DNA from: a virus
Taxonomy: Duplodnaviria > Caudoviricetes
Length of the DNA stretch: 61,509 nt
IMG/VR virus record: IMGVR_UViG_3300050011_000416
Coordinates: 1-61,509 of that record
Direction: 5' to 3' (one strand)
Shown here: piece after piece, positions 28,128 through 38,018 of the stretch
Layout: each line of letters starts with the position of its first letter
How positions within the stretch are numbered: position 1 is the stretch's first letter
Notes under the pieces: generated by a model
Database searches by the model: none
Told to the model about the DNA's origin: nothing
What the model saw: the letters and a program-made list of their open reading frames with translations, nothing else
Made by a program: the position numbers and the translations under genes

Positions 28128-29162
28128 ATGTCAAAACAACCTAAAAAGTTTAAAGATTCCCATGATCCTGGATTTGCCCAATTGGCTTTGGAGATCGCAA
28201 GGGCGATAGAACGTAACAAAGATGGTACCACTCAAAAACAACAGTTTGAAGAACTAGTGGCCGCCGAATGTTTGTTTAGAGAAACCATTCTAAGTTATCG
28301 TATAAGTACTGAGATCTACAAACGATTTATCCAACTAATTCGAATCACTAATAATAACATTCTTTCCGCCAGGCCTTATTTTAGAGAAAGTTCAGACACC
28401 TTCAGTTCCAAGATCACCCCTGCTTTGAAAACAAAGGATCCGGAAATTCTCAAACAATTTGGCATTAATTTTCATTTTGTTAAGTTTTGTAAAGATTACT
28501 GGATTGGCCTATGGCCCAAAAAGGTAGAAGCACTCTACAGGCGGGTCGAACGTGCCAGAACCATATTGATAGAAAACAATATGCCGTTAGCTGTTAACAG
28601 AGCTAAGATTTTCTATAGAAAAACCCCCAAAGGACACCTATCATTTTTGGACCTGATCGAGGTCAGTTCTCTTGGCCTATGTGCTGGTATTGATAAGTAT
28701 ACTGGTGAATTTAAGAAAAATTTCATAGGAGTGTGCATAGGTCGTATTGTGGGCAACCTGATCGATGCTTACTCTGAAACAGTAATGCATTTCTATCCAA
28801 GTGATAGACGAGTTCTTTATAGGGCCAATAGCCTTCGTGGTCGCCAGGGAATTACGGATATTACGGAGTTAACTAAAGCGGTTAATGACAGCTTTGCAGC
28901 GGACCTATTGGAAGGAAAGACTGCCCCCAAACCAGTCACTGTAACCGAATTAGCTTACCTGATGGCTGCAGCTTCTTTGGTCTCCGCAGATTCCAATGAT
29001 GGGGAAGAGGGATTTGGAGTATATAGTTATACCCCGGATGGTGCTGAAAACGCAGAAGACGTTTTAGGAAAGAAACAACAGCTATCACAAATGGCCCAAT
29101 TTGCAAGGAAGCTACCCTTAATCAACCAGAAGATATTGAGGCTTAAGGGCATAGAAATTTGA
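28128..29162 (+). CDS. Phage sigma70-family sigma factor
   Basis: Region 2-like ILIENNMPLAVNRAK...FLDLIEVSSLGLCAGIDKY; C-terminal LPLINQKILRL resembles the start of region 4. Confidence 0.7.
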   Translation: MSKQPKKFKDSHDPGFAQLALEIARAIERNKDGTTQKQQFEELVAAECLFRETILSYRISTEIYKRFIQLIRITNNNILSARPYFRESSDTFSSKITPALKTKDPEILKQFGINFHFVKFCKDYWIGLWPKKVEALYRRVERARTILIENNMPLAVNRAKIFYRKTPKGHLSFLDLIEVSSLGLCAGIDKYTGEFKKNFIGVCIGRIVGNLIDAYSETVMHFYPSDRRVLYRANSLRGRQGITDITELTKAVNDSFAADLLEGKTAPKPVTVTELAYLMAAASLVSADSNDGEEGFGVYSYTPDGAENAEDVLGKKQQLSQMAQFARKLPLINQKILRLKGIEI

Positions 29163-29163
29163 G

Positions 29164-29191
29164 TTGACTTTGTTTGATTATTTGCTACAAT
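29164..29191 (+). promoter_or_regulatory. Sigma70-like promoter
   Basis: TTGACT-16 bp-TACAAT with extended TG. Confidence 0.55.
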
Positions 29192-29207
29192 ATGAATTGG
29201 AGAACCT

Positions 29208-29531
29208 ATGACATATTCGTTGAACAACCGTCTAGTCTTGGAACTATACAATAAAGAGGCCCTCAAGCCTAGGATGCATGGCGGGATAGCAACTCCAGGC
29301 CAAAGAGATGGGCTTAAGGGTCTTAAGGTGTTGATAGATGCCCGTCTTCCAGAACCCTATGGCAGAGTTTCTGCTGGATCTGTTGCCTACATAAGAGAGG
29401 AAATCCTACATACTCATGATTGGGCATCTAAACCAATGACTTGTGACTTTCTTTCATCTAAGTTTATAGTTGTAGATATTTGCTACGTAGAATTTATCGA
29501 TGTTGTAAATTATTCAGGAGATTCAGCATGA
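29208..29531 (+). CDS. Possible divergent GroES-like co-chaperonin
   Basis: 107 aa. SLNNRLVLE...MHGGIATP resembles the GroES PLxDRV...xGGIxL mobile loop. Confidence 0.45.
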   Translation: MTYSLNNRLVLELYNKEALKPRMHGGIATPGQRDGLKGLKVLIDARLPEPYGRVSAGSVAYIREEILHTHDWASKPMTCDFLSSKFIVVDICYVEFIDVVNYSGDSA

Positions 29532-29770
29532 AAAAACTTATCTTTTTATTGACATTTCTATCCCTAACTTGTTTGGCAAAAGAACCCAAGTTTCACTATA
29601 AGGACTGCGTTAGGATTAACCACGGTTTTTACTTTGGATGTAGTGGAACAGTAGAGGATTATATGGGAATCGATGCCTATCAGGTCCAATTGTATGGATG
29701 TCAAGGGCATGATCTCCTCACCACTTTCTATGAAAGTGATATGGAGCTTTCAGCAGGATGTAAAAAATGA
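29528..29770 (+). CDS. Small secreted protein
   Basis: Signal peptide MKKLIFLLTFLSLTCLA; AGGAG SD. Confidence 0.5.
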   Translation: MKKLIFLLTFLSLTCLAKEPKFHYKDCVRINHGFYFGCSGTVEDYMGIDAYQVQLYGCQGHDLLTTFYESDMELSAGCKK

Positions 29771-29985
29771 GAATAGGTAGGCTCGAATTCGGATTCAACG
29801 ACGGTCTTTATTGGGGTTATGTTAAAGGTAGCTGTGAATGTCGCATGCTGGAATTAGGTCCGATTTATATTTTATGGTCCGCTAAAGACTGCAAATGTAG
29901 CCTTTGCAATAAATATACTTGCGTCTGTATGTGTTTGCTCTGTAAAAAGAGATATATTACTTGTGATTGCGAGGATTTTAAGTGA
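29767..29985 (+). CDS. Cys-rich hypothetical protein
   Basis: Overlapping start/stop with both neighbours. Confidence 0.45.
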   Translation: MRIGRLEFGFNDGLYWGYVKGSCECRMLELGPIYILWSAKDCKCSLCNKYTCVCMCLLCKKRYITCDCEDFK

Positions 29986-30971
29986 AGGCAATGTACATGG
30001 GAGACCCGCATATCAAGCCTAGCAATATCGATGAATCAGACGCTCTCGTACAATTTGTAATCGATAGGGCTTTAGAACACAAAATAAATATTCTCAACAT
30101 TCTTGGAGATTTATGGGATACCCATTCTGTAGTAAATCTAAGAGTTACCGAATTTTGGGAAGGATGGTTTAACATACTAAGGAATCACCACGAATTTAGG
30201 ACTATCATCCTTGTAGGAAACCACGATTTGACTGGAGATTATTCTAGTAATTATAGTGCTTTACATCCATTCTTACCTCTTGAAAACAAAAACTTTAAAA
30301 TAGTAGCTCATCCACATCTAGAAGGACTTTACGGATATCTCCCATATATCCACGATAATAATAAATTTGTGGAATACGCAAATCATCTTGCAGACAAGGG
30401 AGCTAAAGTTCTCATAAGCCATCCAAACTTTGAAGGTGCAGTATATGACAATGGATCCCCTTTGTCTGGGGGTATTTCTGATAATAGTCTTGATCCTCGT
30501 TTTCTCCATCTAATCGGCGGACATATTCACACAGAGCGATCATATGGTAGGGTTTGGTATACCGGTAACCCTCGTTGGCTAAACAAGTCTTGCTCGAATA
30601 AAGATAAGGGCGTTTGGCTCGTAGATCACGATGATATTACTGGGGCTATCCTATCTAAGAAGTTCATTTCGACAGAATCAGTTTGTCAAAGAATAGTAAG
30701 CCTTACATGGAAGGAAGGCGAAGACAGGCCAATTATTCCTGCTTTTGCCAAAGTAGACGTAGAACTTCATGGATCTTCTGATTGGGTCTCCAAACAAAAA
30801 TTGGAACTTAAGGGTCTAGTTAGCCTTTCTAGCAAAATTACTGATACTAAGAAATCAAAAGAACGCAAGTCTGGAAAATCATTGGTAGAATTTCTTTCCA
30901 AGTACTACCAGGCAGAACCCGAAAAAATACAAAAACTCATAAAATATCTAGGAGAAATGAAACTTGTCTGA
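29982..30971 (+). CDS. SbcD/Mre11-like metallophosphoesterase nuclease
   Basis: GDPH, LGDLWD, VGNHD and GGHIH motifs; an SbcC-like gene lies nearby. Confidence 0.85.
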   Translation: MKAMYMGDPHIKPSNIDESDALVQFVIDRALEHKINILNILGDLWDTHSVVNLRVTEFWEGWFNILRNHHEFRTIILVGNHDLTGDYSSNYSALHPFLPLENKNFKIVAHPHLEGLYGYLPYIHDNNKFVEYANHLADKGAKVLISHPNFEGAVYDNGSPLSGGISDNSLDPRFLHLIGGHIHTERSYGRVWYTGNPRWLNKSCSNKDKGVWLVDHDDITGAILSKKFISTESVCQRIVSLTWKEGEDRPIIPAFAKVDVELHGSSDWVSKQKLELKGLVSLSSKITDTKKSKERKSGKSLVEFLSKYYQAEPEKIQKLIKYLGEMKLV

Positions 30972-31293
30972 CGAAACACCTTCATTAGGAGACTTAACCA
31001 AGCTCATGCTCTTTTTTGGGAGAGTTCCTGAGGTTCATCTAAAAAATCTCAAGAATTTTGCCTTCATATACTTTAATGGCCACAAGGAGAGTCCCAAGTT
31101 GGATTACTCCGTTGCTACCAAAAAGGAAGATGGGGATACGGTATTTTCATACGATCTGACTCTTAATATGGAACTAAACGATCTTATGGACAAAAGATAC
31201 GCAGCCCTAGAAACTGCGGTTCGAACTTTGTTTTGGAAAGAAGCCAAGATAAAAGTAAGCATTAATGGCGAAGAGGTATATAAAAGTGAGTGA
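30964..31293 (+). CDS. Hypothetical protein
   Basis: Coupled ORF. Confidence 0.5.
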   Translation: MSDETPSLGDLTKLMLFFGRVPEVHLKNLKNFAFIYFNGHKESPKLDYSVATKKEDGDTVFSYDLTLNMELNDLMDKRYAALETAVRTLFWKEAKIKVSINGEEVYKSE

Positions 31294-32008
31294 CCAAAAA
31301 GAAGTGGCCCTATTGCCCCAAAATGATTTTACCATGAAAGACCTTGAAACTATTGAGAAGTTTAAGGAAGCCGGAATGCTTGGCCTTCATACGTTGAAAG
31401 ATACAGACGTAGAGAGGTCCATGGCCTTATATATGGACGGCAAGTCTTATCGTCAAATTGCCAGTGTCCTAAAGATCAATAAGGCGGTCATCTTGTTCCT
31501 AGCCCATAAGTTTAAATGGTGGGAGCTTCGTAAAGAATACCTTGATGAATTGGTAGTTACCCTAAAAGACAAGGTAATGGAATCCAAACTACAATCTCAG
31601 GAGTTCCTATTGGAGCTAGTACTAGCTTACCAAAAGAAGATCAGCAGGAACGTACATCAGTATTTGAGGACAGACAATCAAGAATTTGCGGACAATATTG
31701 ATCAAAAGGATATCGGAACTGTACTTAAGGTTATGGAACTCTTACATAGGCTTAGTGCTGAAAATTTTGCTAATCCCAGCGATAAGTCCTTAGTTTCCTT
31801 GAATGGTATGGGCGAAGGCGTTAACATCACCAGAACTGGAAATAACTCGGTTGAGATTACTCCCAAAGGTCCCAGCCCATTTGGTTCTAAACTAAAACAG
31901 TTTGCAGAATTAAAGAGAGAGCAAGAAAGAGCTTCTCAGCCAGCTCCCAAAGTGGTTCATGATATAATTGTTGAAACCGTAACGGAGAAAGAAAAAGAAA
32001 ATGAATAA
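31286..32008 (+). CDS. HTH protein, possible terminase small subunit
   Basis: ALYMDGKSYRQIASVLKI...W HTH followed by a helical region, as in many TerS proteins. Confidence 0.45.
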   Translation: MSDQKEVALLPQNDFTMKDLETIEKFKEAGMLGLHTLKDTDVERSMALYMDGKSYRQIASVLKINKAVILFLAHKFKWWELRKEYLDELVVTLKDKVMESKLQSQEFLLELVLAYQKKISRNVHQYLRTDNQEFADNIDQKDIGTVLKVMELLHRLSAENFANPSDKSLVSLNGMGEGVNITRTGNNSVEITPKGPSPFGSKLKQFAELKREQERASQPAPKVVHDIIVETVTEKEKENE

Positions 32009-32870
32009 AATTGTACTGTCCCTATTGATTATTTTAGCAATGGTCCTTATTCCTAGGACATCGGTTTCAAAAGGCAATGGCCCAGAAACGGTAGTTCTAA
32101 GCAAGACCAATACACTGGTATTGGGTGGTGAAGTTAATGGAGATTCCGTATCAGCGGTTATCTCTAAAGCTAAAGAGCTTGACTATTCTCTAAATTCAGG
32201 AAGAGGTCACATTATTACCAACAAAGAGCCCCTATATCTCTTTCTGAATACCCCAGGAGGGAGTATCCAATCTGGTCTTGAGATGATTGAGGCCCTAAAT
32301 GGTATTGGTCGTCCAGTAAATACGATTACTCTCTTTGCTGCTAGCATGGGTTTTCAGATTGCCCAGAATCTTAATGATCGTCTAGTACTCAAGAATGGTG
32401 TTCTGATGAGCCATAGGGCTGCTGGAGAGTTCCAGGGTTCCTTTGGAGGTATTCAGCCTAGCCAAGTGGACAATAGGTACAAGTTTTGGTTGGATCGAGT
32501 TAAGGAGATGGACGATCAAACCGTTTCCCGTACTATGGGCAAACAAACCTATGAAACCTATACCAAACAGTACCAAAACGAGATGTGGCTCACCGGAACT
32601 AAAGCGGTAGAACAAGGATATGCCGACCGTATCGTGGTAGCAAAATGCGATTCAAGCCTCAATGGTGTTTCTACCAAACACGCTAGCATTTTAGGTTTCG
32701 ACATCGCCTATGACTTGGATAACTGTCCATTGAATTCGAGTCCTATGAATATCCGAATTTCGTCTTTGGACGGTAAGACGCTAACAAGCGAACTTACCAA
32801 TGAAGTTACTGCCAAGTTTTTAGCATCTTTCGAGAACAAGCAAAAACAAGTCGTCCCAATGTATTGGTAA
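32001..32870 (+). CDS. ClpP/crotonase-like serine protease with N-terminal signal/TM segment
   Basis: LFLNTPGGS, AASMG (catalytic Ser), LMSH (His) and GYADRIV motifs; hydrophobic N-terminus. Confidence 0.75.
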   Translation: MNKIVLSLLIILAMVLIPRTSVSKGNGPETVVLSKTNTLVLGGEVNGDSVSAVISKAKELDYSLNSGRGHIITNKEPLYLFLNTPGGSIQSGLEMIEALNGIGRPVNTITLFAASMGFQIAQNLNDRLVLKNGVLMSHRAAGEFQGSFGGIQPSQVDNRYKFWLDRVKEMDDQTVSRTMGKQTYETYTKQYQNEMWLTGTKAVEQGYADRIVVAKCDSSLNGVSTKHASILGFDIAYDLDNCPLNSSPMNIRISSLDGKTLTSELTNEVTAKFLASFENKQKQVVPMYW

Positions 32871-32872
32871 AT

Positions 32873-33121
32873 ATGCCATTAATTAGCTATACTTGCATAT
32901 GTAAACTATCCTTCAGTAAGTACGTAAAGTCTGCTAAAGAAGCTCTCCCAACGGTCAAATGTAAGTGTGGTCTTGAGGCTCAAAAGAGCTTTGGGACCAC
33001 ATCTTCATCCTATAAAGTGACTATAGATAATGGCCTAATGGCTCGTAGCATAGAAGTTGATCCCAATATAGCTGAGATCAATGACGAACGAAGCTCTGTA
33101 GATCGAACAGAAGAAGATTGA
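32873..33121 (+). CDS. FmdB-like zinc-ribbon protein
   Basis: MPLISYTCIC...CKCG pattern. Confidence 0.5.
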   Translation: MPLISYTCICKLSFSKYVKSAKEALPTVKCKCGLEAQKSFGTTSSSYKVTIDNGLMARSIEVDPNIAEINDERSSVDRTEED

Positions 33122-33153
33122 CAAATATTTATAAGTGAGCCATACTATAATCG

Positions 33154-35346
33154 ATGCTAACCGTAAAATCCCTAACCCTACAAAATATCGGCCCTTTTGT
33201 GGACGAACAAACCATCGATTTCACGAAATGCGGCGTTCTCACCCAAATTAATGCGGAGAATAAGAATACTGGTGGGTCTTCTGCTGGTGGAAAAACGACC
33301 ATCGCCAACGCCTTGGATTTCTTACTTGGCCTTAATGACATTTCAAATAGCATTCTACAGTCACGATTTACCAAAGAACCCATGGTAGTAAGTGGCCTAT
33401 TTGAATCAGACGGCGTTCCCCTTAAAATTCAAAGAAATAAGAAATTACTAATAGATCTCAACGGAGAAATTACTACTGGTAGTTCCAAGATTACTGAGGA
33501 ATTACTAGATAGACTTATCGGTATGCCTAGAGACTTGTTCAGAAAAATTCTCCATAAACGTCAAGGAGAAGGTGGGTTCTTCCTAAACATGGGTCCTACT
33601 GATGTCCATAAGTTCCTCACTAGTTGCCTTGGTCTTAAAGACGAACAAGCCAAGATCCCCGTTTTGGACGATAGATTAGGGGTATTGTCAGAAAATAAAC
33701 TCTCTCTAGAATCTACTATAGAATCCAATAAGATGGGTCTGGAAGCCACTCAGAGCGCCATATCTAGCCTTGGACCCATTCCTGCCCAGGACATCGATCC
33801 GGGGATCATTGGGGAGCTTATAGATGGGCGTACCAGGGCCACCGACAACTATAATAGGATAGTAGAAGGCTGTAGGAAAGAAAGGGAAAAACTAGAAGCT
33901 TCTAGACCTCAAATTTCCACAATTCTATACGATAGAAGTAAAATTGAGGAGCTTGATGAGGCTATTTCAAAACTCAAATCTCAGATTGCAGAATTGGACA
34001 AAATTGAACAAAATAGGGTATCTGGACTTAAAATTATAATTTCAGAATTACGGACTAAAATTGATCAATTGAATGCTTCTGAACAAACAAGGCAGTCCGA
34101 GGTTAGGTCAAAGATAGCTAGCAATAAGTTAAAAACCACAGAAACCCTATATCTTGTAAATGGCGGTAAAAAAGCCAAAGAAGAGGCTATAAAGCTAACC
34201 GGAGAGCTTAAATTTATAAGGGCTTCTATCTGTCCCACTTGCGAACAGAGTTGGGCCAATGATGCCTCTAAGCTTAAAGAGTCAAATATCCTTAAAAAAC
34301 TTAAGGAATACAAAGAAAAAGTAATTACTGGCATGGAGGCAGAGAAGCTAATCAATCGACTGGAAATTGAAAAACAGCAGTTAGATTTAGACCATTTTGC
34401 TAGGCCCATACCTGAATTAGTAACCATAAATACCCAAATAGATCAACTTATAGCAATTTGCTATATTCAGGCTATCCCCGAAACCATAGAATTGAAGAAA
34501 GAAGTTGACCTTAAAACTATGGCGGTAGCAGACCTTCGCATGGAAGAAGGGAATCATCAGTTTAAAGAAAATCTTAAAACGAAAGAAATACTTGCTATTT
34601 ACGCACAAAAACAAACCGAACTCCATAAGACCCACGAAACTCTCATCAGTAGATACGCTGGCGAAGATAATAAGGCTTTTGGTGAGTACGAGACTGCTAG
34701 GATTAAGATCAAGAATTTTAATGAAACTAAAGAGAGATTCGATATTTCTTTGGTCAAGCTCCAACTACAAGAGAGTAAGTATCTTAAGCACATCGTCGAG
34801 AAGTATTCGGAATTAGCCTCAATATTGGAAGAGATAGAACTAGCCACGGAATCTAAAAAGTTAATCAAATCATACCTTTCTTGTTCCTTTGAAGACGCAC
34901 TGGATTCCATTGGAGATACGGCCACCGATCTAATTAGGGCCATTCCCAATATGTCCACCGCTACAGTACAGTTTGATGGGCTCAAGGAGTCTAAAGAGGG
35001 AAAAGTCAAAGAAGAAGTAAATGCCGTTATTAGTATGAACGGGGAAATTGGCATTCCCGTTAAGTCTTTGTCAGGTGGAGAGAGGTCCGCAGTAGACCTA
35101 GGGATAGATTTGGCAGTGATCCAATTCATAGAAGAAAGCACTGGCAAGGGAATTGACCTATTCATATTGGACGAACCCTTTACTGGCCTAGACTCTCAAT
35201 GTTGCGAAGACGCCATTGAGATGCTCAAGAATTGTATTACCGGAAAAAGAATTTTTTTAGTTGACCATAACCCACAAGTAGCGCAAGCTATAGAGAGCCA
35301 CATTACAGTGGTCAGAGATGGCCTTACTAGCCGTATTGTGCAGTAA
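33154..35346 (+). CDS. SbcC/Rad50-like ATPase
   Basis: Walker A-like SAGGKTT, coiled coil with zinc hook CPTC, LSGGE signature, ILDEPF and VDH. Confidence 0.9.
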   Translation: MLTVKSLTLQNIGPFVDEQTIDFTKCGVLTQINAENKNTGGSSAGGKTTIANALDFLLGLNDISNSILQSRFTKEPMVVSGLFESDGVPLKIQRNKKLLIDLNGEITTGSSKITEELLDRLIGMPRDLFRKILHKRQGEGGFFLNMGPTDVHKFLTSCLGLKDEQAKIPVLDDRLGVLSENKLSLESTIESNKMGLEATQSAISSLGPIPAQDIDPGIIGELIDGRTRATDNYNRIVEGCRKEREKLEASRPQISTILYDRSKIEELDEAISKLKSQIAELDKIEQNRVSGLKIIISELRTKIDQLNASEQTRQSEVRSKIASNKLKTTETLYLVNGGKKAKEEAIKLTGELKFIRASICPTCEQSWANDASKLKESNILKKLKEYKEKVITGMEAEKLINRLEIEKQQLDLDHFARPIPELVTINTQIDQLIAICYIQAIPETIELKKEVDLKTMAVADLRMEEGNHQFKENLKTKEILAIYAQKQTELHKTHETLISRYAGEDNKAFGEYETARIKIKNFNETKERFDISLVKLQLQESKYLKHIVEKYSELASILEEIELATESKKLIKSYLSCSFEDALDSIGDTATDLIRAIPNMSTATVQFDGLKESKEGKVKEEVNAVISMNGEIGIPVKSLSGGERSAVDLGIDLAVIQFIEESTGKGIDLFILDEPFTGLDSQCCEDAIEMLKNCITGKRIFLVDHNPQVAQAIESHITVVRDGLTSRIVQ

Positions 35347-35357
35347 GCGGAGATAAA

Positions 35358-35771
35358 ATGTTTCTTCTTGAACTGACCGAAAAAGAGCTAGAAGTACTAA
35401 GGGATGGTCTTATCAAGGAGAAGTATTCTTGGGAAGACAAAGATCCATTAGAAGTTAGCAGAACTACTATAGAAAACAAACTAAACTCTTGTCACTCTTC
35501 TTGGTCTAAACTTGACTCTGCCTCTAATTCTCAAAAAGAGGTTCTCATTACCGCAAGAGATCTGATCCACATCGTCTCATTGGCTAAGACTGAATATACC
35601 AAACTTCGTGGGGACTTACACATTTCCGAAAAAAGAGTAGAAGAAAGCGATTTTGTACATATTGCCCTTGCAAACGTTCTTATCATGTGGTTAAATAATA
35701 AAGACTGTTTAAAGAAACTAGCCAAATTTGATTACACGGATCAATCGGCTCAATTTGAAGAAATGGAATAA
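35358..35771 (+). CDS. Hypothetical protein
   Basis: GGAG SD; sits within the operon. Confidence 0.5.
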   Translation: MFLLELTEKELEVLRDGLIKEKYSWEDKDPLEVSRTTIENKLNSCHSSWSKLDSASNSQKEVLITARDLIHIVSLAKTEYTKLRGDLHISEKRVEESDFVHIALANVLIMWLNNKDCLKKLAKFDYTDQSAQFEEME

Positions 35772-35950
35772 TATGACTTTAGAAAAATGGACAGGTTTGT
35801 TAATGAAAGAACAAAGGAAACTTGAAACAGATCTTCCAATCTTTTTCGATCCAAGTAACTGGAAAGAAGCCTCAGAAGCATTAAAAATCTATATTAAGAA
35901 TGTAGATGAAATGACCGAAGTCTACAATATGGAAAATAAAGGAAATTAAT

Positions 35951-36253
35951 ATGGGTCGTCCAAAAAAAGCACCTCTTACTGAAATGCAAAAATTGGCCAA
36001 GAAAATTGGTATCGATGCGGAGGAAGTCCTAAAGGAATTAGAAGCTGCCGATGTTGAAACCTTGAATAAGCGCATTGCTCAGGCCAATCAGGCCATTTCT
36101 GATACTAAATCTGAGTTGAATAAGAATGAGGACTACACGCAAGCCAAAGATGATGTGAAACTTCTCAGTTCTGGATTTCGAGAGGTTAAGGGTCGTCAGA
36201 ATGCCATTATTTCTGTTTGTCTTCAGCTCCGTAAGGATAAGGGGGCCGTATGA
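35951..36253 (+). CDS. Hypothetical coiled-coil protein (AT-hook-like N-terminus)
   Basis: MGRPKK start; AAGGA SD. Confidence 0.55.
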   Translation: MGRPKKAPLTEMQKLAKKIGIDAEEVLKELEAADVETLNKRIAQANQAISDTKSELNKNEDYTQAKDDVKLLSSGFREVKGRQNAIISVCLQLRKDKGAV

Positions 36254-36522
36254 TTATAAGCCCAATTCCTTCGGCTCCTGATGCTGCAAAATTCGCAGAC
36301 CGATTTCACAAAGATATTTATAGCTCGGATCAACTTTTACGCGATATTCGCGACGCAATTATGGATACGGTAGAAAAAGGGTATTATAGTACATGGGTTA
36401 GTATTGAAGGATTTTCGGCATCGGCCATTTCTAGATCTATGCGTGAACTTAAGAGCCTTAAATATAGACTCTCAAAAGAAAAATTTCGACTATATATCAA
36501 ATGGGATAAGGGGGCTGCTTGA
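36250..36522 (+). CDS. Hypothetical protein
   Basis: Coupled ORF. Confidence 0.45.
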   Translation: MIISPIPSAPDAAKFADRFHKDIYSSDQLLRDIRDAIMDTVEKGYYSTWVSIEGFSASAISRSMRELKSLKYRLSKEKFRLYIKWDKGAA

Positions 36523-36702
36523 AATCAATAACATGCCTAAGACTGTCCGGATCTGAAGATGCAACGACTACAGAAGAGATTATCCGAAAACATTTGGAAG
36601 AAATGGATGACTGCGATGCAGAATTAGTCACTCTCCTACAGTGTCCAATAGGAAGGGATGGTTCCGTACTATACTCTTTCATTTGGATAGACAGGCCACT
36701 GC

Positions 36703-37377
36703 TTGAATCCTGAACGTGTCCTAGCTTTAGATGTTTCAACCAAAACAGGGTACGCCTTAGTGGTAAGCTCTGATTCTGGTATGAAATTGGAAAATTATGG
36801 CACTATTTCTCAGATTCATCAACCTGATGGGAACTATCCATCCAATTATGTCATATGGGCTTACGATTGTTTTAATGAAATATTAAAAATAATTAATAGT
36901 TCTAATCCAGATGTTTTGGTGATAGAAGAGACTAGCAAGGGCAGTAAAAATGCTATGTCACAGAAAATATTGGAATTTTTACATTTTTTACTTGCCCAAT
37001 ATATAAAAGATAACCATATTAAGTCTGTATATATAATGACAGAACAATGGCGTAGAGAGATTGGCTGCCAGATGTCCAAAGAAGAAAAACTTAGAAACAA
37101 GGAAGTTCGGACATATAAGAAAAAGAACAAAACCATTATTGCTTACGATATAAACGGTAAAAGAACTGGACTTATTGGTAGGAAGCATGTTAACATACGC
37201 AGGGTAAGTGAGATTTTTGCAGGTCAGTTGAAAGAACCATTGAAGAGAAAATCGGAAGATGAAGCCGATGCTCTTGGATTATCTGCATGTTATCATTTTA
37301 GGAAAACCAGTAAAAACACTAAAATTGAAGAAGTTACACTGGAAGATATGTTAAAATTGGAAATAAATAAGGTATGA
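36703..37377 (+). CDS. RuvC-like Holliday junction resolvase
   Basis: VLALDVSTKTGYA, VLVIEE and DEADALG motifs. Confidence 0.75.
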   Translation: MNPERVLALDVSTKTGYALVVSSDSGMKLENYGTISQIHQPDGNYPSNYVIWAYDCFNEILKIINSSNPDVLVIEETSKGSKNAMSQKILEFLHFLLAQYIKDNHIKSVYIMTEQWRREIGCQMSKEEKLRNKEVRTYKKKNKTIIAYDINGKRTGLIGRKHVNIRRVSEIFAGQLKEPLKRKSEDEADALGLSACYHFRKTSKNTKIEEVTLEDMLKLEINKV

Positions 37378-38018
37378 GGGCTTATGTGGACAAGCCTAAA
37401 AATGATAGAAGCGGGCAAAAGATAGGGTCTTGGACTCTTCTTCATATTTCTGGAGTTAAGAGACTTAAGAATGCTATAAATAACAAGCACACTGTTATTT
37501 GGATGTATAGCTGTCAGTGCGATTGTGGAAACATTTGCGACGTAGGATGGCCCGATATTGCTGCAAAAAGATCCACAAAATGTTTTGATTGCCATTTTAA
37601 AGAATGCGTACTAAACTCACAAAGAGGTATAAGTAATTTTAAAAATAAGAATTCTAATTACAAAGGAACGAACGACATTCCTCATATATTTTTTAGCAGA
37701 GCGAAAAAGGGTGCGGAAAATCGTGATATAGAATTCAATATATCTATCGAAGATATGCAAAATCAATGGGACGTACAAAAAGGATTGTGTTATTATACTG
37801 GAATACCTTTAATATTTTATATGACAAAAAATATAGATAGAAGAGAAAATTTGAGTTTTAAGGCTAGTTTAGATAGAATCGATTCTAATTTGGGATACAC
37901 GAAAGAAAATATTGCTTGGACTACTAAAACTATAAATTGTACTAAATTAGATTTGACAAAAAAGGCCTTTTTAAAAATGTGTGAGTTAGTTTACTTATAC
38001 AATAAGGACAAATTATGA
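37374..38018 (+). CDS. HNH-like homing endonuclease
   Basis: CQCDCGN, CYYTG and SLDRIDSNLGYTKENI motifs. Confidence 0.75.
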   Translation: MRAYVDKPKNDRSGQKIGSWTLLHISGVKRLKNAINNKHTVIWMYSCQCDCGNICDVGWPDIAAKRSTKCFDCHFKECVLNSQRGISNFKNKNSNYKGTNDIPHIFFSRAKKGAENRDIEFNISIEDMQNQWDVQKGLCYYTGIPLIFYMTKNIDRRENLSFKASLDRIDSNLGYTKENIAWTTKTINCTKLDLTKKAFLKMCELVYLYNKDKL

